NCBI GenBank assembly: GCA_020849035.1
Contig: JADLHC010000110.1
Location: forward strand, 5,269 to 69,268
Source of the DNA: Planctomycetia bacterium
Lineage (GTDB): Bacteria; Planctomycetota; MHYJ01; WSZJ01
DNA: 64,000 nucleotides
Reading direction: 5' to 3'
In this document: piece after piece, positions 1 through 9,235 of the stretch
How positions within the stretch are numbered: position 1 is the first letter of the stretch
Layout of the letters: every line of letters begins with the position of its first letter
Notes under the pieces: generated by a model
Database searches by the model: none
The model's input: the letters and a program-made list of their open reading frames with translations, nothing else
What the model was told of the DNA's origin: nothing
Position numbers and translations under genes: made by a program

Positions 1-2
1 TC

Positions 3-878
3 GCCAACCCCGTCAGCGGCCGCGGCCGCGGCGCGCGCGTCGCCGAGAAGGCGGCGATCCGGCTGCGCGACTGGGGGGACGCGGTGGAACTGATGTTCAC
101 GTCGAAGCGCGGGGACGCAAAGGAGTTCGCGAGTCGCGCGGCGGAGTTCGACCGCGTGGTGGCGGTCGGCGGGGACGGCACCGTGAACGAGATCCTGAAC
201 GGCCTGCCGGAGAAGTCGCCGCCGCTCGGGCAGATCCCCGTCGGCACTGCGAACGTCCTCGCCAAGACCTTCGGCATCCCCCGCTCGCCGCGCCACGGCG
301 CCGACGTCATTCACGCCGGTCGCACGCGCGCCTTGGACGTCGGCGTCGCCAACGGCCGCCGCTTCCTCCTCATGGCCTCCGCCGGCTTCGACGCCCAGGT
401 CGTCCACGACTTCCATGCCCAGCGCACCGGCGCCATCCGCATGCACGAGTACTTCACCTGGTCCATCCGCGCGATCTTCAAGTACGAACCCCCGCGCTTC
501 CGCGTCGTCGCCGACGGGCAGAAGCTCCCGGACGCGTCGTTCGTGCTCGCGAGCAACCTTCCGTGCTACGGCGGGCCGCTCGCGTTCACGCGGACGGCGC
601 TCGTGGACGACGGCGCGCTCGACCTGCTGGTCTACAGCGCCTGGGGGAAGCTCAACGTCGTGCGCCTCTTCGCGGAGGCGTTCGCCGGCGACCCGTGCTT
701 CATGCCCGGCATGACCCACGTTCGCGCGAAGTCCATCCGCATCGAGGCCGACGGACCGCTGCCGTGGCAGGTCGACGGCGACCCCGGCGAGACGCTGCCG
801 CTCACCGTCGAGATCCTGCCGCGGGCCGCCACGCTCGTCGTCCCGGATCCAGCGGAGCCCGGGCCTACCTCCCCTTGA
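3..878 (+). CDS. Diacylglycerol/lipid kinase family protein (YegS/BmrU-like); 5' end outside window
   Basis: Frame is open from the window edge (ANPVSGRGRGARVAEKAA...) and contains the DAGK catalytic-domain motif VAVGGDGTVNEILNGL. The ORF track only lists 84..878 from an internal GTG. Confidence 0.8.
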   Translation, partial: ANPVSGRGRGARVAEKAAIRLRDWGDAVELMFTSKRGDAKEFASRAAEFDRVVAVGGDGTVNEILNGLPEKSPPLGQIPVGTANVLAKTFGIPRSPRHGADVIHAGRTRALDVGVANGRRFLLMASAGFDAQVVHDFHAQRTGAIRMHEYFTWSIRAIFKYEPPRFRVVADGQKLPDASFVLASNLPCYGGPLAFTRTALVDDGALDLLVYSAWGKLNVVRLFAEAFAGDPCFMPGMTHVRAKSIRIEADGPLPWQVDGDPGETLPLTVEILPRAATLVVPDPAEPGPTSP

Positions 879-2235
879 ATTCGTCCTGCATGTGCATCTC
901 GAACGCGCCCTCGATCTTCTGGGCCAGGTCCGGGTGGTTGTTCGAGAGGCGGTTCATGAAGCTGCGCGCGTCGGGCATCACGGGGCCGTTGGGAAGGGTC
1001 TCCAGCGTGTCACCCCAGACCTCCAGCAGGTCGGTGAACTTGAATTCGAGGGTCTCGTCGCGCCGCTGCGGGCCACGCGCGGGAATGACGACCGCGTTGT
1101 CGTAGCAGTCCCAGAGGAAGCAGGCCACGCGGTACTCGATCTTCTGCGTCAGTTTCACGTCGTCCGGCGCGTTGGGCGTCTCGAAGTTCCACCCGCGCCA
1201 GACCGGCGCGGCGTCGCCACGCTCGAACGTGAGCGCCGCCCCGACGAAGTTCGCCCACCCCTCCGCCATCGCCCCCGCGGCCGTCTGCTCCTTCGTCATG
1301 TTGTGCGGCGACCCGAGCGAGGGAACGATCACGCAACGGCCGCCGATCAGCGCGTGCCCCAGCTCGTGGCGCACCGTGAAATCGAAGAACTCCTTCCGGT
1401 CGGCCAGCCAGGCCCGCCGCTCGTCCTCCTTCGCCGGCTGGTTCTTCGCGATCCACGCATCGGCCGTCCGCGTGATCACGATCACCTTCTGGACCCCGTC
1501 GCAGTGGTGCCAGAACGGGTCCTTGTTGTCGTCGGGATTCCCGTTCACGGGTTCCCGGTAGAACACCGCCAGCGGCCGCTTCCAGTCGAACTTCACCCCG
1601 AGCGCCTTGAGCCGGCCGATCCCCTCCGCCACGAGACGCTGTACCTCGGCGTCGTCGGTGTAGAAGTCCACGGGCGGGTCCTTCAGGCTCTTCACCTTCT
1701 TCAGCAGGTGCTCGCACGGGACCCTCACCGGGTCGCCCTCGGGATGCTGGTTCACGAGGTGGACGCAGGGGACGTTCGTCCCGGGTTCGCCGTCGGGGTG
1801 CTTCGTGACGAAGTGCTTGCAGGGGGTCTTGACCTTGTCGCCGCCCGGATGTTCCGCGGCCTTGTGCGTGCACGGCGCCATCACCGGGTCCCCGCCGCCG
1901 TGCTCAGGCCGCCCGTTCTTGAGGTGGACGCACGGGACCTTCTTCCCCGTGTCGTCGCCGCCGGGGTGCTCGAGGCGCTGGTGGACGCACGGCACCGTGG
2001 ACTCGTCGCCGTCGGCGTGCTGCACCTTCTTCGGGCACGGGCACGGCGCGAGGTCCCCGCCCGGGTGCTGCTTCGACTTGTGCACGCACGGCGCCTTCCC
2101 GGCCTCGTCGCCGAACGGATGCTCCCAGCGCGGATTCGCCGTCGCCTCGAGCAGGTCGCCCGGCGGGGGCGGCTTGGGAACCTGGGCGGAAGCGGCGGCG
2201 GCCAGCAAGAGGACGGTCAGGGCGTGGCGGGTCAT
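865..2235 (-). CDS. Secreted zincin-like metalloprotease with N-terminal Cys/His-rich tandem repeats
   Basis: Signal peptide MTRHALTVLLLAAAASAQ. About eight repeats of HP(G/D/E)GD-x3-6-PCxH. C-terminal HELGH (HExxH) motif in FTVRHELGHALIGG. Confidence 0.7.
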   Translation of the reverse strand: MTRHALTVLLLAAAASAQVPKPPPPGDLLEATANPRWEHPFGDEAGKAPCVHKSKQHPGGDLAPCPCPKKVQHADGDESTVPCVHQRLEHPGGDDTGKKVPCVHLKNGRPEHGGGDPVMAPCTHKAAEHPGGDKVKTPCKHFVTKHPDGEPGTNVPCVHLVNQHPEGDPVRVPCEHLLKKVKSLKDPPVDFYTDDAEVQRLVAEGIGRLKALGVKFDWKRPLAVFYREPVNGNPDDNKDPFWHHCDGVQKVIVITRTADAWIAKNQPAKEDERRAWLADRKEFFDFTVRHELGHALIGGRCVIVPSLGSPHNMTKEQTAAGAMAEGWANFVGAALTFERGDAAPVWRGWNFETPNAPDDVKLTQKIEYRVACFLWDCYDNAVVIPARGPQRRDETLEFKFTDLLEVWGDTLETLPNGPVMPDARSFMNRLSNNHPDLAQKIEGAFEMHMQDEFKGR

Positions 2236-2274
2236 GGTGCACTCCGGTCGGGGTTGGACGTCGGAATCGAGGGC

Positions 2275-3204
2275 TTACCGCCCCCGCGCCTTCTCGTGCC
2301 AGTACTGCAGGACCTCCTCGAATTCCTTCGCGTCCCGCGTCTCCGCCTTGGCGTAGCCCTGCTTGACGAGCTCGAGGTTCAGGAAGAGCCCGTCCTTCTC
2401 GCGGAAGACCCAGGCGCGGTCGCTCCCGAACGCGTCGCGCTCGGCGCGCCACTTCGGGGAGTCGAGGATGCCGTAGTAGAGGTGGACCCTGGTGCCCTTG
2501 GGAAGCTGCGACTTGAGCCACTCGCGCGTCTCGGTGCCTTCGCGCAGGCCGTGGACGGGCGGGTCGCCGGGCTTCGCGACGCCGACGCCGAGGAAGTGCA
2601 CGGTGATGTTCTTCGTCTCGCCCTTCACGATGATGGTCGCGCCGTCCTCGACCTTGACGACCTCGAACGGGGCGTCCTTCGAGAGGTCCGGCATCGGGTC
2701 CGGCGGAGCGGGCTTCGGAGGCGGGGGCTGCGTGTCGGGCGGCTTCGGCTTCTCCTGCGGCGGCTCGGGCTGCTTGTCCGGCTCCTTCGGCGCGTCGGAC
2801 TTCGGCTGGCGCACCGCGGTCTCGACCTTGCGCTTGAGGTTGTCGATCGGCTCCTGGACTTCCTTGGGCAGGTTCAGGAGTCCGGCGAAATGCAGGCCGA
2901 CCGCGGCGACGACGAGGCCGATCAGGACGCCGAAGACGTTGCGAACGAAATGGGACTTCTTCGGCGTGGAGATCGGCCGCTGGGAGACCGCGGGCTTCGC
3001 GGGCGCGGCGGGGCGCGGCGTGCCCGCGACGGGCGTCGGCGCGGGGCGCGGCGCGGCGCCCGGGTAGACCTGCGGCGGCTCCGTCTGCTGCTCGCGCGGC
3101 GCGTTCGCACGCCGGCATTTCGGGCACGGCGGGTGCCCCGCGCCGGCCGGCACCTCGTACATGTGCCCGCAGGCCGGGCAGGTTCTCAGCGACTTGGCGG
3201 CCAC
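2275..3204 (-). CDS. Membrane-anchored thermonuclease (SNase-like) with N-terminal zinc ribbon
   Basis: N-terminus has CPACG...CPKC. One hydrophobic helix, FGVLIGLVVAAVGLHFAGLL, then a Pro-rich linker. C-terminal SNase-like block VEDGATIIVKG...VHFLGVGVAKPGD...DAFGSDRAWVF...LNLELVKQGYAK. Confidence 0.7.
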   Translation of the reverse strand: MAAKSLRTCPACGHMYEVPAGAGHPPCPKCRRANAPREQQTEPPQVYPGAAPRPAPTPVAGTPRPAAPAKPAVSQRPISTPKKSHFVRNVFGVLIGLVVAAVGLHFAGLLNLPKEVQEPIDNLKRKVETAVRQPKSDAPKEPDKQPEPPQEKPKPPDTQPPPPKPAPPDPMPDLSKDAPFEVVKVEDGATIIVKGETKNITVHFLGVGVAKPGDPPVHGLREGTETREWLKSQLPKGTRVHLYYGILDSPKWRAERDAFGSDRAWVFREKDGLFLNLELVKQGYAKAETRDAKEFEEVLQYWHEKARGR

Positions 3205-3270
3205 GTCGTCTCCCGGTGTTTCAGGAAGCGCCTATTCTGCCTCAATTCGTTCCCGAGTGCAGTTCTCGGC

Positions 3271-3420
3271 CGTATCCGTAGCATCCTTTTTCATCCGCGA
3301 CCCCGCCGTTCGTATCGCCGTTCATCCCTCCTCCACTCCATCCACGAATCCAGGGAAACCGGAGGATGTTCAGGGATAAGAACGGCGGGGTCGCGGATGA
3401 AAGAGGATTTCGGGGATACG
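3271..3420. repeat. Long imperfect inverted repeat (41-nt arms, 68-nt spacer), cargo-less member of an ATCCGCGA-core repeat family
   Basis: Left arm 3271-3311 (cgtatccgtagcatcctttttcatccgcgaccccgccgttc) matches the reverse complement of right arm 3380-3420. The inner 23 nt are perfect and the outer part has about 6 mismatches. Confidence 0.75.
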
Positions 3421-3424
3421 AACG

Positions 3425-4318
3425 TCAGAACAACTGCCCCTTCGGCTTCTCCGCAATCTCCTTCAACTCCGGGAACGCGACGACCAGCGGCTCCGGCACC
3501 TTCACCTTCTTCCCCAGCACCTTCGCCTTCAGCTGCAGCGCGTTCGCCGGCGCCTTCCCCCGGTAGTGGTTGTTCCCGATCACGTACAGCGCCTTCGACC
3601 GCGCCATCATCCGCTTGATCCGCTCCGCCCACGGCTCCAGCTCGGCCGCCGGATAGTAGTAGTCGTACCGCTCGTGCGGCTCGATGTCCTTCGCGAACCA
3701 CTTCTCCACGTTCCTCCCGTGCAGCCGCACGTACCCCACGTCCGCCGTCACGTGCTCGCTCGGCCCCAGGCAGTCGCGCTCCGCCGGCTGGTCCACATTC
3801 ACGAACCCGATCCCCCGCTCCCGCATCCACTCCACCACCTCCGGCCGCTCCCACGACGCGTGCCGCACCTCCACCACCACCGGCCGCGCGAACGCATCCG
3901 CCAGCCGCGCCACCCGCTCCCGCGCCGCCGCCGTGTTCCGGAAACTCCACGGGAACTGCAGCAGAAGCGGCCCCAGCCGCCCCGCCGCCTCGATCGGCGC
4001 GATCCCCTCCAGGAACCGCCGCGCCTCCGCCGCGCCCCACACCGGCTCGCTCGAAGCGGCCCCGACGCGCGCCGCCGGCTCGTGCGTGAACTCCTGCGAC
4101 ACTTTCACCGCGAACGTGAACGCCTTCCCCTCCACCTGCTTCACCCACCCCGCCGACAGCTTCACCTCCGGCGGCCGGTAGAACGTCACGTTCACCTCGG
4201 CGCACTCGAAGTACTCCGAGTAGAACTCCAGCGGCTTCCTCGGCGCGCTCGACGGATAAAACATCCCCGCCCAGTCCGCGAAGGACCACCCGGCGGTGCC
4301 GAACAGGAGGGAGCCCAT
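3425..4318 (-). CDS. DUF72 family protein
   Basis: N-terminus MGSLLFGTAGWSFADWAGMFYP is the typical DUF72 signature. The ORF track start at 4354 would overlap the upstream gene, so the internal ATG at 4318 is preferred. Confidence 0.8.
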   Translation of the reverse strand: MGSLLFGTAGWSFADWAGMFYPSSAPRKPLEFYSEYFECAEVNVTFYRPPEVKLSAGWVKQVEGKAFTFAVKVSQEFTHEPAARVGAASSEPVWGAAEARRFLEGIAPIEAAGRLGPLLLQFPWSFRNTAAARERVARLADAFARPVVVEVRHASWERPEVVEWMRERGIGFVNVDQPAERDCLGPSEHVTADVGYVRLHGRNVEKWFAKDIEPHERYDYYYPAAELEPWAERIKRMMARSKALYVIGNNHYRGKAPANALQLKAKVLGKKVKVPEPLVVAFPELKEIAEKPKGQLF

Positions 4319-4337
4319 GCCGGGATTATGACCGCGC

Positions 4338-4985
4338 CTAGAGCGCGCCACCATCCGGCCAGTTTGACCAGTGCGTATTCGGGTCGAGGGTCGGCCGGTA
4401 TCTGGTCAAGTCGCCGGTCGCCAGGAGTTCGGCGAGCTGGCGAAAGCTCTCGGACTGGCTTGGTCGCTCGCCAACCGACAGATCCGGGTGATTCCAGGCT
4501 TCCAGTTGGAGGACTTGGGGCAGGTCCGGAGGTAGTCGGGCGTGGATCTCCTCCTCCGTCGCGAAAAGAAGGTCGCGGTTGTCCGGGACGAGATCTCGAA
4601 ACACATCGATGAGTCGCCGGGCCTCCTGTCCGGCCTCGATTTGGATCTCCTTGCCTCGTATCTTCAGGCAGTCCACGCCTGACTGGAGGAACTCAGGATT
4701 CTCGGGATCCTCGAGTTCGCCCTCGATCGGAAACAAGAAGTCCTCATTTGCCGTGCCCGGAGCCCGCTTCAGGCAATTCCCGAACAGATGGAGGCAGTTC
4801 TGCAATCCACCTGATCTCGGACTGTAGCCAAGGCACTCGATGACAATCGCCCATCGTCCTTGATCGCGGAATACTCGAAGTCGCGAGTCCACGGGGAACA
4901 CGTATCCGTTGTCCAGCATCGGGAACACGAACCGTGCCGCACAGTCATCGAGTTGCCACAGGATCTCCTCGCGGGTGTAGCTCAC
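4338..4985 (-). CDS. Hypothetical protein
   Basis: 215-aa ORF with protein-like composition, unlike the Arg/Pro-rich shadow ORFs. Locally lower GC. No motif recognised. Confidence 0.55.
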   Translation of the reverse strand: MSYTREEILWQLDDCAARFVFPMLDNGYVFPVDSRLRVFRDQGRWAIVIECLGYSPRSGGLQNCLHLFGNCLKRAPGTANEDFLFPIEGELEDPENPEFLQSGVDCLKIRGKEIQIEAGQEARRLIDVFRDLVPDNRDLLFATEEEIHARLPPDLPQVLQLEAWNHPDLSVGERPSQSESFRQLAELLATGDLTRYRPTLDPNTHWSNWPDGGAL

Positions 4986-5143
4986 GATCTAGTTCCCAAC
5001 ATGGCTTTGACAGCGTCTGACCTGGGGCGTGAGGAGGGCGCTCATGCCGGTACCTCGGTGCGACTCCTGGAAACTTCCCGCGCATCGCACGATCCTCGTC
5101 GACCACCGGACGCCCATGACTCCCATCTCCCTTCTCCCGTCTC

Positions 5144-6736
5144 CTAACTGCCCAGTGCCGCCTTCAGCGCCGCCTTCGCCGCCGAGGCCTCCTTGCCCTT
5201 GCCGTCCTTCACGACCAGTTTCAGCAGGTCCTCGCCGAAGTCCTTCAGCCCCTCCTGCTCGATGAAGTACAGCCCCGCGAACAGGTAGTCGGCGGTCGTC
5301 AGGGCGGGCTCGTTCTTGAGCTGCTTCCAAAGAGCCTTCACATCCGCCTTCGCGAGGTCCTTGATCATCGCGAGCGGGTAGCTGGTGTTGCGCGCGTTGC
5401 GGTCGTCGGGTTTCGGCGAGAGGCGCAGGCGCAGGACGGCGAGTTCGTAGCGCGCGTCGGAGTCGCCGCCGCCTTCGCGGACGAGCAGCCCCAGGAACCG
5501 CTCCGCGAGCTCCCAGCGCTTCCCCTTCTTGTGCTTGAGCCCCGCCTCGAACAGCGCCTTCCGGTACTCCTCCATCGCGGCGGACTTCGCGACCTCGAGC
5601 GCCCAGTTCGGCTGGCCGTCCTTCTCGAACAGCTCCAGCCCCTTGTCGAGGAACTTCGCGACCTCCGACTTCGGAAGCCCCGACTGGTACCCCTTGAGGA
5701 TGCTCGCGAACAGGTCCACCCGCGAGCCCTTCCCCTCCTTCTCCATGAACGTCGCCAGCATCGCCGCGAACTTCGGCTCGTGCCGCAGCGCGTGCATCGC
5801 GGCCTCCTTCACGTCCTCGTCGCGGTCCTCGAGGAGCTCGATGAGGCGGTGGCCGGCGTCCTTGTCGGCGCGCTTGGTCAGCTGCTTCACACCCAGCACG
5901 CGCACCTCCGCCGCCGGGTGCGCCAGGAACGGCTCGACGTCGAGGTTCTCGGGCAGCGGGATGTGCTCGAGGGCCTGCAGCGCGGGGCCGACGATGTTCT
6001 GCGTGTCCTTGTCGTCGAGGAGGCCGACGAGGGTCTTGACGAGGGAAGCGCCGACTTTTTTCGGGCCGAAGTTGAGGAGGGCGATGGCGTGGATGGCGTG
6101 GGAGCGGATGGAAGGGTGTTCCGCGGCGGCGGTGAGTTTGGCCAGCACATCCGCGGCGTCCGGGTTCCGGAGATAGCCGAGCACGCGGATCAGCGCGACC
6201 TTGTGGACGCGCTCCTTCGCGCCGTCCATCGCCTTGCGCGCCGACTCGTACGCCTTCTCGCGGTCCTCGTCCTTGAGCGTGTCGATCAGGCCGCGCAGGA
6301 GGTTCGTGACGTTCTTCACGTACTCGATGTCCTCGTCCGTCGTCTCCTTGAGCAGCGCCTCGAACGCCGGCCGCCCGCCGAGCGAGGCGATCGAGTTCGC
6401 GGCCGCCATGCGCTTCGCCGGGTCGTCCAGGCTCTTCTTCAGCGCGCTCATCGGGTTCCCGCCCAGGTCCTTCACGATCGGCAGGACCTTGTCGCGCGCC
6501 GGCCCGTCGAGAAGCGGCAGGATGAGGTCCACGTGCTTCGGCTTCGCCAGCGCCTTGAGCGCGTCCACGGCGTACTGCCGCACCAGCGCGTTGTCGTCCG
6601 CGCCGGCCTTCGCGAGCGCCGCGACGGTGTCGTCGTCGTTCGCCTCGAGCGCGACCAGGATCCGCGCCGCCGCGCAGCGCAGCTCCGGCTCCCCGCCCTT
6701 CAGGAACCCGCAGATCCGCCGGATCTCGTTGCTCAT
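5144..6736 (-). CDS. HEAT/armadillo-like repeat protein
   Basis: Real start is MSNEIRRICGFLKGG at 6736, with an ATGA overlap onto the stop of the upstream lipoprotein gene. Repeated helical units (ALVRQYAVDALKAL, EVRVLGVKQL, DVKEAAMHALR). The 970-aa ORF-track extension upstream is Ala/Ser/Arg junk. Confidence 0.6.
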   Translation of the reverse strand: MSNEIRRICGFLKGGEPELRCAAARILVALEANDDDTVAALAKAGADDNALVRQYAVDALKALAKPKHVDLILPLLDGPARDKVLPIVKDLGGNPMSALKKSLDDPAKRMAAANSIASLGGRPAFEALLKETTDEDIEYVKNVTNLLRGLIDTLKDEDREKAYESARKAMDGAKERVHKVALIRVLGYLRNPDAADVLAKLTAAAEHPSIRSHAIHAIALLNFGPKKVGASLVKTLVGLLDDKDTQNIVGPALQALEHIPLPENLDVEPFLAHPAAEVRVLGVKQLTKRADKDAGHRLIELLEDRDEDVKEAAMHALRHEPKFAAMLATFMEKEGKGSRVDLFASILKGYQSGLPKSEVAKFLDKGLELFEKDGQPNWALEVAKSAAMEEYRKALFEAGLKHKKGKRWELAERFLGLLVREGGGDSDARYELAVLRLRLSPKPDDRNARNTSYPLAMIKDLAKADVKALWKQLKNEPALTTADYLFAGLYFIEQEGLKDFGEDLLKLVVKDGKGKEASAAKAALKAALGS

Positions 6737-7200
6737 TTCCAGTCCGCCCTGAGCGCCTCGACCATCCACGCCCCCCCGGTCCTCACGAGCGTCGCGGTCA
6801 CGGTCACCTCCGAGTTGAACACGCCGCCTTTCGGGTCGCGCTCCTCGACGATCTCCTTCACCGTCACCGTCGCGCGCTCCCCGGCCACCTCCGCGCCCTG
6901 GAACTGGTGGTGGATCCGCACCACCTTCGCGTTCGTCGTCTCCTCGTACAGCGACGCCGCGTCCTCCCCCGGCTCCCCCGCGAACGCCGCCTTCCACCCC
7001 GCCGCGTCCCGCTTCCCCCGCGCGATCACCAGCCGCTCGTACGCGTCGACCACCCCGCGTTCGTACCTCTCCGCGTTCGTCGGCACGTCCCTCGACTCGA
7101 TCGGCGGACGCTTCTCCCCGTCCTTCTTCCGCCCCGCGAACGGGTCCTTCCCGCACCCGGCGAGGACGGCCGCCACGAGCAGGATCGCGGTCGCGCGCAT
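6733..7200 (-). CDS. Lipoprotein (function unknown)
   Basis: Signal peptide with lipobox: MRATAILLVAAVLAGC. Translationally coupled to the HEAT-repeat gene. Confidence 0.65.
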   Translation of the reverse strand: MRATAILLVAAVLAGCGKDPFAGRKKDGEKRPPIESRDVPTNAERYERGVVDAYERLVIARGKRDAAGWKAAFAGEPGEDAASLYEETTNAKVVRIHHQFQGAEVAGERATVTVKEIVEERDPKGGVFNSEVTVTATLVRTGGAWMVEALRADWK

Positions 7201-7232
7201 CGGGAGCCACTATAGCGCGAACTCCGCTCCCC

Positions 7233-9233
7233 GTGGACTGCGCCGCCGCGCCTATAATTCCGGCCCCGATGGACGAAACCGCCCTCGCCGCCGCACGACA
7301 GCACCTCGCCTCCGGGCGGCACGCCGAGGCCGCGGCCGCCCTCGAGCCGCTCTGCCGCGCGTGGCCGCGGCACGCCGAGGCCGCCCAGGCGCTCGGCCTC
7401 GCGCTCGCGGGGCTCGGGCGCGACCCCGAGGCCCTCGAGTGGCTCGGCCGCGCCGCCGCGCTCGCGCCCGAAGACCCCGCCGCCGCCGTGAACTGGGGCG
7501 CCGCCCTGTCCCGCGCCGGGCGAACCGAGGAAGCGCTGGCGGCCTTCCGCCGCGCCGCCGAGCTCGCCCCAGCCCTTCCCGCCGCCCGCTTCAACCTCGC
7601 CCAGGAGCTCTGGAAGGCCCGCGACGTCGAGGGCGCCGCCCGCGAGATGCGCGCCGCCGCGGCGCTCGACCCGGCCTGCTTCCGCGACCTCGCCCGCATC
7701 GAGGGGGCGCGGGAGGACTGGGAAGCGGCGGCGGCGGCGTGGCGCGCCTGCGCCGCGGCGGGGCTCGCCTCCGCCGAGGCGCGCGCCGGCCTCGCGCTCG
7801 CGCTGGAGAACGCGGGAAAGGACACGGAAGCGCTCGCCGAGTGGCGCCGCCTCGTCGCCGAGGGGCCCGCCTCGACCGCCGCGCGCAACCACGTCGTCGC
7901 GCTCCTCGCGCGCCGCGGGGAGTTCGCGGAGGCCGAGGAAGCGTCCCGCGAGGCGACCGAGGCCGACCCCGCGAACGCCGACGCGTGGCACAACCTGGGC
8001 GCCGTCCGCTCGCTGCGCGGCGACGCAGCCGGTGCCGTCGCCGCGTGGCGCCGCACGCTCCTCGCCGACCCGTCGCGCGTCGAGAGCGCCCGCGAGGCCG
8101 CCGCCGCCCTTCCCCCTCCCCCGGCCGAGCCGGCGGAGATCGACCACGCGGACCCGTTCGGCGACGCGCCCCACCGCGTCGGCGTGCTGACGTTCCGCGC
8201 GCACGGCGCCGACGACGTCTCCCGGGGGCTGGCTCACGCCCTTCCCGCCGTCCTCGCCGACGCCGCCGCCCCCGCGGCCGCCGTCGCCCGCCACGTCGCG
8301 CCGTTCCGCCGCGGCGAACCGCGCCGCGCCGACGTGGCGTTCGACTACTTCGACCCCCACTCCGGCCGCATGGGCGAGCTCACGCGCGCCCTCCGCGCCG
8401 AGCGCTGGGTCTTCGGCGAGATCTCGGAAGACCTCGCGACCCTGCGCGTCCGCCTCTGGACCGCCGGCTCCGCCACCGAACAGTCGGCCACCTTCCCGCT
8501 CGACCCGCGCGACCCCGCCGCCGCCCTCCGCGCCGCCGCCGAAGCCGCCGGCATCCCCCTCGCCGCCGCACCCCCGGACCCCCGCGCCCTCCTCCACCTC
8601 GGCCTCGGCGCCACCTCCGTCGTCGACGACCTCGCCCTCGAACACCTCCTCGCCGCCCTCCGCCCCGCCCCCTGGCCCCTCGCCGAGTCCGAGTTCCTCG
8701 CCCGCGTCCTCGACCTCCTCCATCGCGGCGACCCCGCCGCCGCCCTCCCCTGGCTCGATCGCGCCCTCTCCCTCCGCCCCTCCCCGCGCGCCCACTTCGC
8801 CCGCGGCCAGGCCCTCTTCGCCGCAGGCCGCTTCGACCCCGCCCGCGACGCCTGGGCCGCCGCCGCCGCGCTCGACCCCTCGCTCCGCCCCCCGGCGCTG
8901 CCGTCCGCGTGGCTCGAGCTCCGCGCGGGGCGGCTGGAAGAAGCGGCGCGGCTGTTCGAGCAGGCTTCGAAGTCCTCCGAGGACACCGCGGCCGCACGGG
9001 TCGGCCTCGGATGCGTCGCCGCGGCCCGGGGAGACGAGCCCGCCGCCCGCGCCCGGTTCCACGAGGCGCTGGAGGCGTCGCCGCGGATGCCGGAGGCGCT
9101 GTTCCAGACGGCGCTCTCCTGGTGGCGGGAGGGGAACGCGGAGGAAGCCGTGCGCTGGGGCGGGCGCCTGGAGGCGCACCACGAAGGGCACCCTCTCGTG
9201 GCGGCGCTGGCGCGGATCCTGGGGCGGGCGTAG
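7233..9233 (+). CDS. TPR repeat protein
   Basis: Multiple TPR-like units (AEAAQALGLALAGLGRDPEALEWLGRAAALAP, EEALAAFRRAAELAP, and others). Start uncertain; alternative ATG at 7269. Confidence 0.7.
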   Translation: MDCAAAPIIPAPMDETALAAARQHLASGRHAEAAAALEPLCRAWPRHAEAAQALGLALAGLGRDPEALEWLGRAAALAPEDPAAAVNWGAALSRAGRTEEALAAFRRAAELAPALPAARFNLAQELWKARDVEGAAREMRAAAALDPACFRDLARIEGAREDWEAAAAAWRACAAAGLASAEARAGLALALENAGKDTEALAEWRRLVAEGPASTAARNHVVALLARRGEFAEAEEASREATEADPANADAWHNLGAVRSLRGDAAGAVAAWRRTLLADPSRVESAREAAAALPPPPAEPAEIDHADPFGDAPHRVGVLTFRAHGADDVSRGLAHALPAVLADAAAPAAAVARHVAPFRRGEPRRADVAFDYFDPHSGRMGELTRALRAERWVFGEISEDLATLRVRLWTAGSATEQSATFPLDPRDPAAALRAAAEAAGIPLAAAPPDPRALLHLGLGATSVVDDLALEHLLAALRPAPWPLAESEFLARVLDLLHRGDPAAALPWLDRALSLRPSPRAHFARGQALFAAGRFDPARDAWAAAAALDPSLRPPALPSAWLELRAGRLEEAARLFEQASKSSEDTAAARVGLGCVAAARGDEPAARARFHEALEASPRMPEALFQTALSWWREGNAEEAVRWGGRLEAHHEGHPLVAALARILGRA

Positions 9234-9235
9234 GG

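Noticed and set aside
5144-8056. 970-aa ORF read as a single protein
   Set aside because: Only the C-terminal 531 aa (from MSNEIRR at 6736) look like protein. The upstream part is Ala/Ser/Arg junk that overlaps the lipoprotein gene and the antisense of the TPR gene. An ATGA stop/start overlap at 6733-6736 supports the shorter gene.
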